A stretch of 64,000 nucleotides of DNA from a virus. The stretch covers positions 32,001 to 96,000 of IMG/VR virus record IMGVR_UViG_3300048033_001096; one strand, given 5' to 3'. The position numbers were made by a program, and so were the translations under genes. A model generated the notes under the pieces. It ran no database searches. It saw only the letters and a list, made by a program, of their open reading frames with translations, and had not been told where the DNA came from. Below are positions 17,980-27,811 of the stretch, piece after piece. Every line of letters begins with the position of its first letter. Within the stretch, counting starts at the first letter, position 1.

Positions 17980-18973
17980 TTATATGTTGTAATACCAAAT
18001 CTTCATAATCTTTGTCAAATCGTCCATAAGAATAATAATAAGAGTCTTCGATACCATCTTCAATTAATGTAATTTTGTCTACATCATCAAATTTTCCTTG
18101 AATATGTTGTTTTACAAAATCATGGTCAATGTCAACAACAGATCCTAATTTTGCAAACCCAAGTCTTAAAGACTTATCATTAATATCTAATCCTTGATTA
18201 ATTATCCAGTTATTAAAATCATTTATAGTATCTTGCCCCATGTCTGGCGATAATCGTAATAAACAGTCTCCAGACAAAAGTTTTATAGGTTCTACATGCT
18301 CGTCATCTAATTCTTCGTCTTCTTCAACAAATGCTTCAAAGTGTGTTTTACCAATTTGAGGATATCCTAACAGTACATCTCCAAACTTAACATCTGTTCT
18401 AAATAACTCATCAAACACACTAGGTAATTTTTCTAAATTTTTAGGTGCTCGGTGCCAAGATACATTAACATGAATTCTTCCATCACCGGTTTGTTGTAAA
18501 ACTGTATGTAATTCATGTACTTCAAGATTTAAACGACAAATTGCAGCACGTACTTCTGGTGTTGCAATATACATATAATTTGATGTATTGTGTGCAGGGC
18601 CTGAAAGTATTGGAAAATAATTATGTATAGTATTCATTTTTTTATTATTAGGACCGTGTTTGAAATCTTCCAAACTTAATCTTTCAGAAATATCAGGATT
18701 TTTGCTTACAGAAAAATGTTTGTTACTGTTTTCAACAAAGTCGTATTTAGAGATAGTATCTAATGTACTATTAATCTTGTCTATCATTTCTTCTACAGTT
18801 AAAACACTTTCTCCCATAAAAAGATGTTCTTTTTTAAGAAAGGCTTTAGATTTTAGTTCGTATTTAAATCTATCAAGCCATAAATCAACAGCAGGATGTT
18901 GATCTAACTTAATGCTTACTTCCATAGGCTGAATGGACGAATCTCTGCTATTTCTAAATCTTAGTTTTATCAT
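17972..18973 (-). CDS. Hypothetical protein (333 aa) embedded among radical SAM genes
   Basis: Long ORF overlapping its downstream neighbour. His-containing helices (MNTIHNYF, LNLEVHELH) and FGDVLLGYPQIGKT; no family recognised with confidence. Confidence 0.7.
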   Translation of the reverse strand: MIKLRFRNSRDSSIQPMEVSIKLDQHPAVDLWLDRFKYELKSKAFLKKEHLFMGESVLTVEEMIDKINSTLDTISKYDFVENSNKHFSVSKNPDISERLSLEDFKHGPNNKKMNTIHNYFPILSGPAHNTSNYMYIATPEVRAAICRLNLEVHELHTVLQQTGDGRIHVNVSWHRAPKNLEKLPSVFDELFRTDVKFGDVLLGYPQIGKTHFEAFVEEDEELDDEHVEPIKLLSGDCLLRLSPDMGQDTINDFNNWIINQGLDINDKSLRLGFAKLGSVVDIDHDFVKQHIQGKFDDVDKITLIEDGIEDSYYYSYGRFDKDYEDLVLQHIND

Positions 18974-18986
18974 CTTTAACTTTCTA

Positions 18987-20435
18987 TTAGTCGTATGCTG
19001 CCAATGGTTGCTCTATATTTTTATTGTCCGGCTTTAGTATCCAACCTTCTTTTTCAGCAAGTTCCATAATACTTGCATCAGTATCTGGAATGCTTTCTAC
19101 CCAGTCTGTTAGTATTTTAGGAAATACATGAATACTTTTATTTCTACGAACATCGTACTGCTGGTAAAACGTTTTAAAATCACGCCAAAGTGTAGTAGGA
19201 TTACTTGTACGTCTATGCGGAGCATCTACAGTAACAAGATAATCTATTAGTCGTTCAATACTTGCCTTTTCAAATTCGTGCCAACCTTCTTTATGCTTAT
19301 TTTCTTCCCACCAGGTACTTAATTTATCATGACAATAATCTTTAATATGATTAGGTAATGCTAGTGGACTTTGGAAACTTGGAAAACGTAATAAGTTTAA
19401 ACTTACAGTTGGCGTTCTGCTTTGTGTAAGTTCTTTTAGTTTGTATACTTCATCTAAAAAGTCAGTAATACTAAACAAGCACAAACTGTTAATTGTCATC
19501 ATAATATGTACACCTTTAGTATTTGCTTCTGTTAATACACGCTTGATGTTAGTTAACCATTGCTCGTACACTAGTCCGTCACGAATGTATTCTGCTTGTG
19601 CGCCTACTGCTTCGCAACTTGTATATAATTCAAAGTGATTCATGCCTTGTGTTTTAGCAATCAACTTGTCAACAATATCTTTTTTGGCAATTAAGTTGCT
19701 GTTAATTGCAAAGCGCATATCACTATCTTGTTCGTTAAACCAATCAAATAGTTTCCAAGTGTTAGCACTCATTAAAGGTTCGCCACCAGTAATACGCAGT
19801 TCTTCTAAACTATCCGACAATCCATTATCCCACCATTTCCAAAATGCTTGAATGTAAGGATTGTCTTCGTCGTCTTTGTAGGGCTGTGTCCACGAACCGT
19901 CTTGACGGAATGCGCCGGCGCCGTCGCTTACAAGATTAGTGTATTCACCGTTCTTTTTAATGTCTTTGGCCCATGTAGTAGAAAAACTAGCATTACAATA
20001 CGAACATGCAAGATTACAAGTTCTATCAAATGCAATTTCAAATGTTTTTAGATTAACATTTTCGTGGTGATCCATATCATACGCACGTTGTAATTCTTCG
20101 TCTGAATAGATAATGCTCTTAAAAGTTCTATCACTAACAGCATCTTTTTTCATATCTTCCATTTTCCAACAATATTCGCACTCGGCTGGACGTTCGCCTG
20201 TTTGCATCATACGGCGCATTTCTTTTTTGTGCTTAGTATTGTGAATAGCGGTGTAGTCTTCTTCTACTTCAATTACTGGAATTTTATGTGCCGGCGGGTG
20301 ATGACAACTTGCTGTTGTGCCGCTGCCTAACCAAGTAGTTGCGTTAAACCATTTGGCTCCACAAAAACTTTTACTTTTACTATCTAGTACTCTATCTCTA
20401 TACTGTTGTAGTGTTTCGTCAGATTTTTTAGCCAT
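18987..20435 (-). CDS. Radical SAM enzyme with an N-terminal Cys/His domain
   Basis: SFCGAKW...SCHHP...CEYCW; CNLACSYC; ITGGEPL. Confidence 0.9.
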   Translation of the reverse strand: MAKKSDETLQQYRDRVLDSKSKSFCGAKWFNATTWLGSGTTASCHHPPAHKIPVIEVEEDYTAIHNTKHKKEMRRMMQTGERPAECEYCWKMEDMKKDAVSDRTFKSIIYSDEELQRAYDMDHHENVNLKTFEIAFDRTCNLACSYCNASFSTTWAKDIKKNGEYTNLVSDGAGAFRQDGSWTQPYKDDEDNPYIQAFWKWWDNGLSDSLEELRITGGEPLMSANTWKLFDWFNEQDSDMRFAINSNLIAKKDIVDKLIAKTQGMNHFELYTSCEAVGAQAEYIRDGLVYEQWLTNIKRVLTEANTKGVHIMMTINSLCLFSITDFLDEVYKLKELTQSRTPTVSLNLLRFPSFQSPLALPNHIKDYCHDKLSTWWEENKHKEGWHEFEKASIERLIDYLVTVDAPHRRTSNPTTLWRDFKTFYQQYDVRRNKSIHVFPKILTDWVESIPDTDASIMELAEKEGWILKPDNKNIEQPLAAYD

Positions 20436-21801
20436 TCCATTCCTCTAATAAGTGTGCATATTGCGGAAATATTTCTGCAAAATCTTTATTTCTTCTCTTA
20501 TCGTATGTATGTATGTATCGTACAAAGTCTTGTCTGTGTTCTATTGCTGGCTGCGATGTACGAAGGTAGTCACACAAACGTTTTATCTGATCCCATTCTT
20601 CAAGATATAGTCTAGCATACTTTTCTTTTGAATAATATTTTAACCATTGTTCGCACATCAGTTGAATAGTATTTGCTGTTTTTTCTCTATCTTCTATATC
20701 TAATAGTGTACATTGTAAATGCGGAGGCCAGTGCATAATATTAATACTTAAAGGAATTCTATTATGTTCAAAAGTTGTATTATATAATTTACGAAAATCC
20801 ATAACTAACATTATAAAATCAAGAAATGTTGATAAACTTAAAATATTAACAGTTGTCATAATTGCAACTGTGCTTTTAGTTTCTTTTAAAATACGCTCTG
20901 TATTTTCAATCCAACTGTAATAATTTAGTCCATCTCGTGCGTACTCAGCTTGTCTGCCTGTGCTTTCTAAACTTGTATACACATCTACTTTAACACCTAC
21001 TTCTGCAAGAGCATTAATTTTTTCAATTAACTTGTCAATTAATTTAGTTTCTACACATGCATTGGTATTGATTGCAACATCTAAGCCTTTGCGTGGATTT
21101 TCAATTAGATAGTCTAGCAACTTCCATGTATCTTTTGACATTGTAGGCTCACCGCCTGTAATGCGCAATACTTTTAAATGCGGAAGTGCATCAGGAAACC
21201 ATTTCCAAAATGCTTCTACATAAGGATTATGTTCTCTATTTAGATAAGGCATTTTGCCTGATTTTTCTAAGTAGTCTAAATGATGGGCGCCGTGCTTAGT
21301 TGGGTACGGTCCGTGCTGTTTTACATCTTCCATCCATTTGCTACTGATTTCGGGCGAACAGTACGCACATGCAAAATTGCAAGCATTACTAAACGAAACT
21401 TCTAAATAACTTGGATATACGTTTTCTGCAGGGTCACTAGATGCTATTTCTTCAAATCTATCCCATGCCCACGTATCTGATGTTTTATAATGTCTATCAC
21501 TAAAATATGTTTTATCTAAATCTTCAATCTTCCAACAGTAACCGCACTCGCTAGGACGTTCTCCGTTTAGCATCTTAGCACGTTGTTCTTTTTTAAACTT
21601 GCTGTTGTGTAGTGCTGCTGGATCTGCTTCAATTTCTTCTAGTGGAATCTTATGAGGTGCAGGATGGTGACAACTGTGGTTATAACCGTTCTGAAGCATA
21701 AGTGTAGTTTGTAGCCATTTAGCCGTACAGAAACTACAACTAACGTTGTTTATCTTTTCACGTTTCTCTTCTAGTATTTTTATACGTTCTTCGTTACTCA
21801 T
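20428..21801 (-). CDS. Radical SAM enzyme with an N-terminal Cys/His domain (paralog of 18987-20435)
   Basis: SFCTAKW...SCHHP...CGYCW; CNFACAYC; ITGGEPT. Confidence 0.9.
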   Translation of the reverse strand: MSNEERIKILEEKREKINNVSCSFCTAKWLQTTLMLQNGYNHSCHHPAPHKIPLEEIEADPAALHNSKFKKEQRAKMLNGERPSECGYCWKIEDLDKTYFSDRHYKTSDTWAWDRFEEIASSDPAENVYPSYLEVSFSNACNFACAYCSPEISSKWMEDVKQHGPYPTKHGAHHLDYLEKSGKMPYLNREHNPYVEAFWKWFPDALPHLKVLRITGGEPTMSKDTWKLLDYLIENPRKGLDVAINTNACVETKLIDKLIEKINALAEVGVKVDVYTSLESTGRQAEYARDGLNYYSWIENTERILKETKSTVAIMTTVNILSLSTFLDFIMLVMDFRKLYNTTFEHNRIPLSINIMHWPPHLQCTLLDIEDREKTANTIQLMCEQWLKYYSKEKYARLYLEEWDQIKRLCDYLRTSQPAIEHRQDFVRYIHTYDKRRNKDFAEIFPQYAHLLEEWNG

Positions 21802-22298
21802 TTTAAAAGATACTTAAAGTTTTGTGTTGTACTGTTAATAGCAATTTGTTTGGCTCCGTTTCTAATATGAAAGTGTGTTGCCATAGGAGTGAGCGGAGAG
21901 AGTGTAACTAGGTTCTTTACTTCTGGTTTTGTTTTTATATGTTCTGCAAGTTTGTGTATCAGCTCTTTTCCTGCACCACGTTTACGGCTCCAAATAGTAT
22001 ATGCTATTGCAGTGTCTGCATCATTTTTATAAAATGCATTTTGACTCATTAAGTCAAGTTCTTTTACACTAGTAGGAATATCGTTAGTGTATGCTACACA
22101 AACAACACCTTCTATGTCACCTTCATACTTGAGCCCGTAAATTTTACGTCCACAAGCTGTTCGCCATTCTACATCAAGTTCAGGACGTACAGGATCTTCT
22201 GTTACATCTATATCTTCTAACTCAACTAGTTCTGTACCTTTAACCCATCTAAAAAATCCGTCTAGTGTACCTTTATATTTTTCTACATTTTTATTCAT
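21798..22298 (-). CDS. GNAT-like acyltransferase
   Basis: YTIWSRKRGAGKELI (acetyl-CoA motif A-like, RxxGxG) and ATHFHIRNGA (motif B-like). Confidence 0.5.
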   Translation of the reverse strand: MNKNVEKYKGTLDGFFRWVKGTELVELEDIDVTEDPVRPELDVEWRTACGRKIYGLKYEGDIEGVVCVAYTNDIPTSVKELDLMSQNAFYKNDADTAIAYTIWSRKRGAGKELIHKLAEHIKTKPEVKNLVTLSPLTPMATHFHIRNGAKQIAINSTTQNFKYLLK

Positions 22299-23191
22299 TT
22301 AGCTCTCCGTAAAATTCTAGCACTGTTTTGATACACTTGTTTAAAGAACTTACTTTGCTCGTCGTCTAACGGTTTAGTAGAAATATCAACTCCTGTGCCT
22401 TTAAGTATTTCTAAACCTAAACGCTCTGCTTCTTCCTGTGGGTTTAAATTTTTTACATCACTTTCCCAAAAGTTGTTTAGCCATTCAAAGTCACGTACAT
22501 TAGCATAGTCCCAGTCTGTACAGTTTGTCATATAACAACCTTGTCGTGCGCCTAGTATGCTCCACATACCATTTTCTACATCTGCACCTATTTGACTCCA
22601 TATAAGCAGTCTGTCATAATTCTGCCACCATACTGTGCGTAAGTCATCTACTTTTGCGCCTTGATCCAAAGACATCTTAACGCCTTCCCTAAAGCCAGCC
22701 CGCCAAGCCTGCCAAGGTGTCGCATTAGTATAAGAAACACTGTAGTTTTCGTTAAACTGATAATATTTGTTGTCGAAGCAGAATTCAACTTTGCCACGTT
22801 CGTCTCCTTCTTCTGAGTTTTCGTGCGTTTTCATATTGTGTACAAATTTACGTGTCCACATTTTAAGTCCGCCGTTTCCGTACATTAATCCATTAACATG
22901 TACTTTGCCGCACCAACTAAACACATGGTCAGGAGTAACACCTAATTCTTCAATGTCCACTTCTTGGTTAAGAAACTCTTGGTCAATAATATTATCAGCA
23001 TCTACTGTAACAAAGTATTCTGTTTCAGACAAGTCAGCACAGGCTTTATGTGCAGCATCACTTCCGTGTACGCCGTGTACTCGTTTAGCCCATGGAATTT
23101 TGCTACACAAATCTGCATAGTTTTTTTCAGCATTAGGCTCATCGTAACTAAGGAATATTATATCTTGATCTACTATTTTAATTTTTGACAT
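22295..23191 (-). CDS. GT-A (GT2-like) glycosyltransferase
   Basis: DIIFLSYDEPNA...AH...FVTVDAD (DxD)...YGNGGLK...AWRAGFREG; paralog of the last domain of 12254-14188. Confidence 0.7.
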   Translation of the reverse strand: MSKIKIVDQDIIFLSYDEPNAEKNYADLCSKIPWAKRVHGVHGSDAAHKACADLSETEYFVTVDADNIIDQEFLNQEVDIEELGVTPDHVFSWCGKVHVNGLMYGNGGLKMWTRKFVHNMKTHENSEEGDERGKVEFCFDNKYYQFNENYSVSYTNATPWQAWRAGFREGVKMSLDQGAKVDDLRTVWWQNYDRLLIWSQIGADVENGMWSILGARQGCYMTNCTDWDYANVRDFEWLNNFWESDVKNLNPQEEAERLGLEILKGTGVDISTKPLDDEQSKFFKQVYQNSARILRRAK

Positions 23192-23748
23192 TAACTTTCC
23201 ACTATATGATTATAATTTTCAAAGGCTTTACCACAGTATACACTCACATCCTGTCTTTGAGCAACTTCTTTTTTTGTATGGTTAATAACTTTTCTATCAC
23301 CATTCATAATATCAGAAAAGTTTACTTCAAGTGTATCTAATAACACATTAGGATCATTTTCGTCTGTTACAAACAGTCTATGAATTTTATCTTTATAGTA
23401 AAGCGTACTTTTTAATATTTTTTTCAACCCGTCTGATGCACTTGCGGTCCAGGTGCCTTCGGTAATATTTTGCGTAATATAAAAAACTAAATTATGATCA
23501 ATTTTGCCTTTTACTAATTGATGTATACTTTTATCAACATCAAAATCTTCTAAACTTGAGTGTTTGAATTTTAGTTCAAACATAGAATCAGTTTCGCTTG
23601 GAACTACTATATAATCTTCAAAATTCTTTCGACATTCAGCAAAATCATACAATAACGATTTATCAATTTCCATATACGGAGAACTTTCATCTAAAACATT
23701 TCCAGCCTTCCATATAGTACCGTTTTCTCTAAAGTTAAGATAATACAT
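23191..23748 (-). CDS. Hypothetical protein (185 aa)
   Basis: Overlaps both neighbours in the operon; no motif recognised. Confidence 0.7.
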   Translation of the reverse strand: MYYLNFRENGTIWKAGNVLDESSPYMEIDKSLLYDFAECRKNFEDYIVVPSETDSMFELKFKHSSLEDFDVDKSIHQLVKGKIDHNLVFYITQNITEGTWTASASDGLKKILKSTLYYKDKIHRLFVTDENDPNVLLDTLEVNFSDIMNGDRKVINHTKKEVAQRQDVSVYCGKAFENYNHIVES

Positions 23749-24571
23749 AATCTAATTTCTCTATAATAGTATCTGTTAAGAACTCGTCTTCAACATAGTG
23801 CAATAATCCTGTTTGTAAAAAATTACCTAATAGTAAATTTCCATCATTTCTATAATATTTTCCAACTACAGATGTCCACTTTTCTGGTACATTTTTCCAA
23901 TTTTGTACATGAGGTTTCATGTGTGTAAATGTAATATAGCTGTTTGGACTTGTAATCTCTTTTTCATTTCCTAGTATTTTACAAGCAATAGCTGCACAAA
24001 CATCAACACTACACCATTTTTGATATCTTTCTTTAGCATATTTGCTGTAAAAAAGTTCCCAGTTATTCATTATAATTTCTAACAAGGTATAAAATTCTTT
24101 TGCAGTATCACCTTTTTTAAAATAATGCAATGCGCTGTATAAGTTAGGTAAATTATTAGCATCAAACGTTTTTCTATAAAATCTATTAGTTACAACTTCA
24201 TTTCTATAAGTTTTAACATTACTAGTAAAAAATAAATTGTATTTGTCTAATTCTTTCCACCAATGTGTTATATCACTTAAAATAAGCATATCTGCTTCAA
24301 GTACAATTGTTTGTTCGTATGGACTAGCATGATACACCTTCCATCTATTTTGTATCTTCCAATCTGATTGTAGAGCGCCGTCAGACCAAGGGATAGGAAT
24401 AATCTTATCAAATACTTTTTGCCATTCGTCTGGCACTATATCATTAGTAATTAAACTAATGCGCTGTCCAGTATTATACTTGTGCAAACTTAATGCTAAA
24501 GCATGAGCTTGTTTTATATAATCTGTCTTTCCGTTATTTTGAGCTAACAAACAAAACCCTTTACTCATCAT
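23735..24571 (-). CDS. GT-A (GT8-like) glycosyltransferase with an ExD variant motif
   Basis: GFCLLAQN...DY..QA..LA...SPYEQTIVLEADML...HMK. Confidence 0.65.
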   Translation of the reverse strand: MMSKGFCLLAQNNGKTDYIKQAHALALSLHKYNTGQRISLITNDIVPDEWQKVFDKIIPIPWSDGALQSDWKIQNRWKVYHASPYEQTIVLEADMLILSDITHWWKELDKYNLFFTSNVKTYRNEVVTNRFYRKTFDANNLPNLYSALHYFKKGDTAKEFYTLLEIIMNNWELFYSKYAKERYQKWCSVDVCAAIACKILGNEKEITSPNSYITFTHMKPHVQNWKNVPEKWTSVVGKYYRNDGNLLLGNFLQTGLLHYVEDEFLTDTIIEKLDYVLS

Positions 24572-25415
24572 TAAGTGCCTCGCTTATTGCCCTATCTAAA
24601 CTAAACTTATTCATAATATGTATATTAGCTTTATTAATTGTAGACAATACATAATGTCCTTTCCAATCTTTTTTATCTAACATAAAAACATATTTTTCAT
24701 CATTCATTTTAACTAATACATCATTATCGGTAGTAAACCACAATTTGCCTGGCATTGCTTTTGGCCAATTTGTTTTTTGATTACCGTTCATTAAATGAAT
24801 TGCAATACTAAAACTAAAATCGTTACGATATGTTTTACTTGGTATTTGATATACAAGACGATAATAAAGCCAATTTTCTTTAATATGTTCGATTAAATTA
24901 AAAAATAGTTCTGTACGTTTTGACTTTTTAAAATAAAATACAGTTGCCCAGTAAAAATCAACACTTCGGTCACTAATTTTATCAAATGTATCAGTTCGTT
25001 CTGGATTTAAATCTTGGATATCTCTAAAGATTAAAAAATCATCTTCAGTATCAAATGCATTATTTAATAAATTATTTCCTACAATAAAATCAGTGTCCAT
25101 TACAATAGTTTCATCATACGGAGTAATATTATAAACTGTACTCCTATCATGATTACGCCATTCTAATATTCTATCACTCATTGTACCGTCTCTATAAATT
25201 CGTTTTTGATTACATTCTTTCCACTCTAAAGAAACAATAGTATCAATATATTTTTTGTAATAAGGATAATTTTCTTTAAGGTATGCAGGATTATCTGTTG
25301 CTATTGTAACAGACAGTCCTAAATGTTTTTTGATTTTTTTTGCACAAAAAATAGCTTGTTTGACATAGTCCATTGTGTGATTATTTTGCGCAAATAAAAC
25401 TACACCCTTTGTCAT
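24561..25415 (-). CDS. GT-A (GT8-like) glycosyltransferase
   Basis: GVVLFAQN...DY..QA...TPYDETIVMDTDF (DxD)...RND...HIMNK. Confidence 0.65.
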   Translation of the reverse strand: MTKGVVLFAQNNHTMDYVKQAIFCAKKIKKHLGLSVTIATDNPAYLKENYPYYKKYIDTIVSLEWKECNQKRIYRDGTMSDRILEWRNHDRSTVYNITPYDETIVMDTDFIVGNNLLNNAFDTEDDFLIFRDIQDLNPERTDTFDKISDRSVDFYWATVFYFKKSKRTELFFNLIEHIKENWLYYRLVYQIPSKTYRNDFSFSIAIHLMNGNQKTNWPKAMPGKLWFTTDNDVLVKMNDEKYVFMLDKKDWKGHYVLSTINKANIHIMNKFSLDRAISEALNDE

Positions 25416-25759
25416 AAATTAATTAATCCTTCAACAGATCGATTACTTTTAATTTCGTTATAGCTATCTAAGTATTCATATGTTGTAGTAAAATAGATAT
25501 CAAGTATATCGTCTGTAAACTTTTGTAAATCTTCTACTTTAATCGGAGTTTCGTTGTCGTCTATTATAATTGCTTCAGTTTGTTTATTTTGTATTAAAGT
25601 GTGACAGAATGTAATAAGGTCTCTGTTAACTGTAAATTTTCCACCATTTAAATAATGTACACAATTTTCTAAAAATTGTTCGTGTATAATACGCTTTTGA
25701 TTATTCAACGTTGTCATGTAATTTGAAAAATCTAATGCATTTTGTAGCCGTTCGTCCAT
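25412..25759 (-). CDS. Hypothetical protein (115 aa), first gene of the enzyme operon
   Basis: GGAGG ribosome-binding site and a consensus promoter directly upstream. Confidence 0.8.
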   Translation of the reverse strand: MDERLQNALDFSNYMTTLNNQKRIIHEQFLENCVHYLNGGKFTVNRDLITFCHTLIQNKQTEAIIIDDNETPIKVEDLQKFTDDILDIYFTTTYEYLDSYNEIKSNRSVEGLINL

Positions 25760-25783
25760 AAGAAACCTCCAAGTATATGTATA

Positions 25784-25812
25784 ATTATATACTCAGTTTA
25801 TAATCTTGTCAA
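25784..25812 (-). promoter_or_regulatory. Consensus sigma70 promoter driving the enzyme cluster
   Basis: TTGACA (25812-25807) - 17 nt - TATAAT (25789-25784) in a 60-bp intergenic gap. Confidence 0.85.
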
Positions 25813-25819
25813 GAGCTGA

Positions 25820-26887
25820 TTAGTTTTCTTCGAAACCTGAGTTTTCACCGCCGTCTGGTAATGGAACTTCAACGAAGTCACCTGTAGGCTGTTTGGCATG
25901 GATTCCTGCAGATTGTGTTCCTCCAGAGACAAGAACACGTTCGTCAAAATTTGGTTGGCCTTCATTTACATCATTAAAGTCTATTCTAAACCGAACAACA
26001 TTATTGTTTACACGTTTAGCACGTACTCGATAATAGTTTTCAGAATAAACATCGGAACCATATTTTCTAAATATTTCTTTATAGCCAGTAGTTAACTGAA
26101 AATTACCAGTAGCCGGTTCTGTTGTACCGTCACCGTTAACATCAGTACTACCATCAGCGGCTGCGCCGCTTGTTGCTGTAGTAGAATTTTTACTAAAAAC
26201 AACAGTAACTTGGTTAAACATTGATTCCCAGTTTTGATCTTTAGAAGTATTAGACCCGCTTGTAAACGTGAGTCTTAAATCTCCTCCAGCATTAAAAAAG
26301 TGTCTTCTATGATCTGCACCTGTAGCAACTGTTCTACCTGCTGAATTAGTAGTAGCATAACCGCCTTCAAATGTACAGTCAAGCTCACACCAAATATTAT
26401 CATCTGGGTCGCCGTCGCCGCCCCAAGGAGTAGTTCGTGTACTAGATGTTAGTGTTCTCGGATCACTTATTGTAAATTCGTCAACTAGTCCTGCGTTAGT
26501 TTCTACAGTACTAATAGCAGCAAGCAAATCATTAAATCCTTTATTATTATTAGGATTATCAATAGTAAATGAGTCGCTTGGTTCGTCATATGTAACACTA
26601 GTTCCAGATGCATCGGCACCTATAATGTCACCAGTACTAAATGTCTGTCCGTATGCATTATTACCTGATTGGTGTTGACTACAAGTATTAATATCTGTTT
26701 TTAATGTTTGTAAATGATCGTGATTAATTTCTTCATCGTTTGCACTTACATCTTTATATGCTTCGTAACTTGGTACAATTTGTCCGTAACCGTTTTGTCC
26801 TGATCCGTCACCTAATAAAACTAATATTCTACCAAGTGCATCAGTATAATCAGTAGCTTGGACATTATTGCCTTTTGATACTGCCAT
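25820..26887 (-). CDS. Putative virion/tail structural protein
   Basis: G/D/N/T-rich; shares LG.G.GQ.GYGQ, ADHRR.FFNAGG and YSEN.Y with the next gene; lies in the tail module. Confidence 0.6.
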   Translation of the reverse strand: MAVSKGNNVQATDYTDALGRILVLLGDGSGQNGYGQIVPSYEAYKDVSANDEEINHDHLQTLKTDINTCSQHQSGNNAYGQTFSTGDIIGADASGTSVTYDEPSDSFTIDNPNNNKGFNDLLAAISTVETNAGLVDEFTISDPRTLTSSTRTTPWGGDGDPDDNIWCELDCTFEGGYATTNSAGRTVATGADHRRHFFNAGGDLRLTFTSGSNTSKDQNWESMFNQVTVVFSKNSTTATSGAAADGSTDVNGDGTTEPATGNFQLTTGYKEIFRKYGSDVYSENYYRVRAKRVNNNVVRFRIDFNDVNEGQPNFDERVLVSGGTQSAGIHAKQPTGDFVEVPLPDGGENSGFEEN

Positions 26888-26890
26888 TAA

Positions 26891-27811
26891 TTAGTCTCCT
26901 AATTCTAAACTAGATTGTGCAGAATAACTCGGGGCTGTAACGTCAACAAACGATCCCGAAGGACGTAAAACTGCAACATTACTTACCACCGTGCCTTGCA
27001 CTTCTTCATCTATATTAGGATCTCCTAAATCTTGATCTTGGAATTGTATTGTGAATTGAATTGCTTTAGTGCTTACTTCTTTTACAAATATAATATATCT
27101 ATTTTCTGAATACGACTCTTGCTGACCAGTTCTTTCAAATAGTCTAATTAATTGACCCGGTAAATTAAAATTACCAATTGGTCCATTACCGTCAGGAAAC
27201 AGTGTTCCTCCGATACCTGTTTTTGAAGTAGTATTAGATTTAAATTGAATTACGCCCATATTAGTAAGCATTTGTTTCCAATCATCGCCTTTAGCATTAG
27301 AATTAGTCTCAATTTGAGCACTTATAAAAATTTGTCCACCGGCATTAAAAAATGCACGTCTGTGATCAGCATTGTCGTATGTTAAAGTAAAACTATGCGT
27401 TAATTGACCATTCCACGGTGAAAACCTAGAATCAGCAGCAATTTGTTCAATTGTCGTCTGTGTTCCGTCAACTCCGCCTGGATTTTCTTCTAATCTTGTA
27501 ACTTCGGCAATATACTGATTAAATCCGTCATTGTCTCCAAGTTCTTCTTCGTTTGCTAAAATTTTACTACTAGCAGTAACAGGCGAAAGTACACTTGGAC
27601 TGCCCGACTGATGAATAGAAATTCTATTAATGTCATCAAGCAAATCATTCATATTACTAGCGTATACAATACTTTGAGGTGCTACAGGAGCACTTGTTAA
27701 TACTTGTCCATAACCCGATTGGCCATTACCGCCGCCAAGTATTCTTTCTACTCTATTTTGTAGAGTGTTATAGTTTGCCGCGGTAATTGATGTTTGTCTG
27801 TTAACTGCCAT
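26891..27811 (-). CDS. Putative virion/tail structural protein (paralog of 25820-26887)
   Basis: Same shared motifs; preceded by TATAAATA. Confidence 0.6.
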   Translation of the reverse strand: MAVNRQTSITAANYNTLQNRVERILGGGNGQSGYGQVLTSAPVAPQSIVYASNMNDLLDDINRISIHQSGSPSVLSPVTASSKILANEEELGDNDGFNQYIAEVTRLEENPGGVDGTQTTIEQIAADSRFSPWNGQLTHSFTLTYDNADHRRAFFNAGGQIFISAQIETNSNAKGDDWKQMLTNMGVIQFKSNTTSKTGIGGTLFPDGNGPIGNFNLPGQLIRLFERTGQQESYSENRYIIFVKEVSTKAIQFTIQFQDQDLGDPNIDEEVQGTVVSNVAVLRPSGSFVDVTAPSYSAQSSLELGD

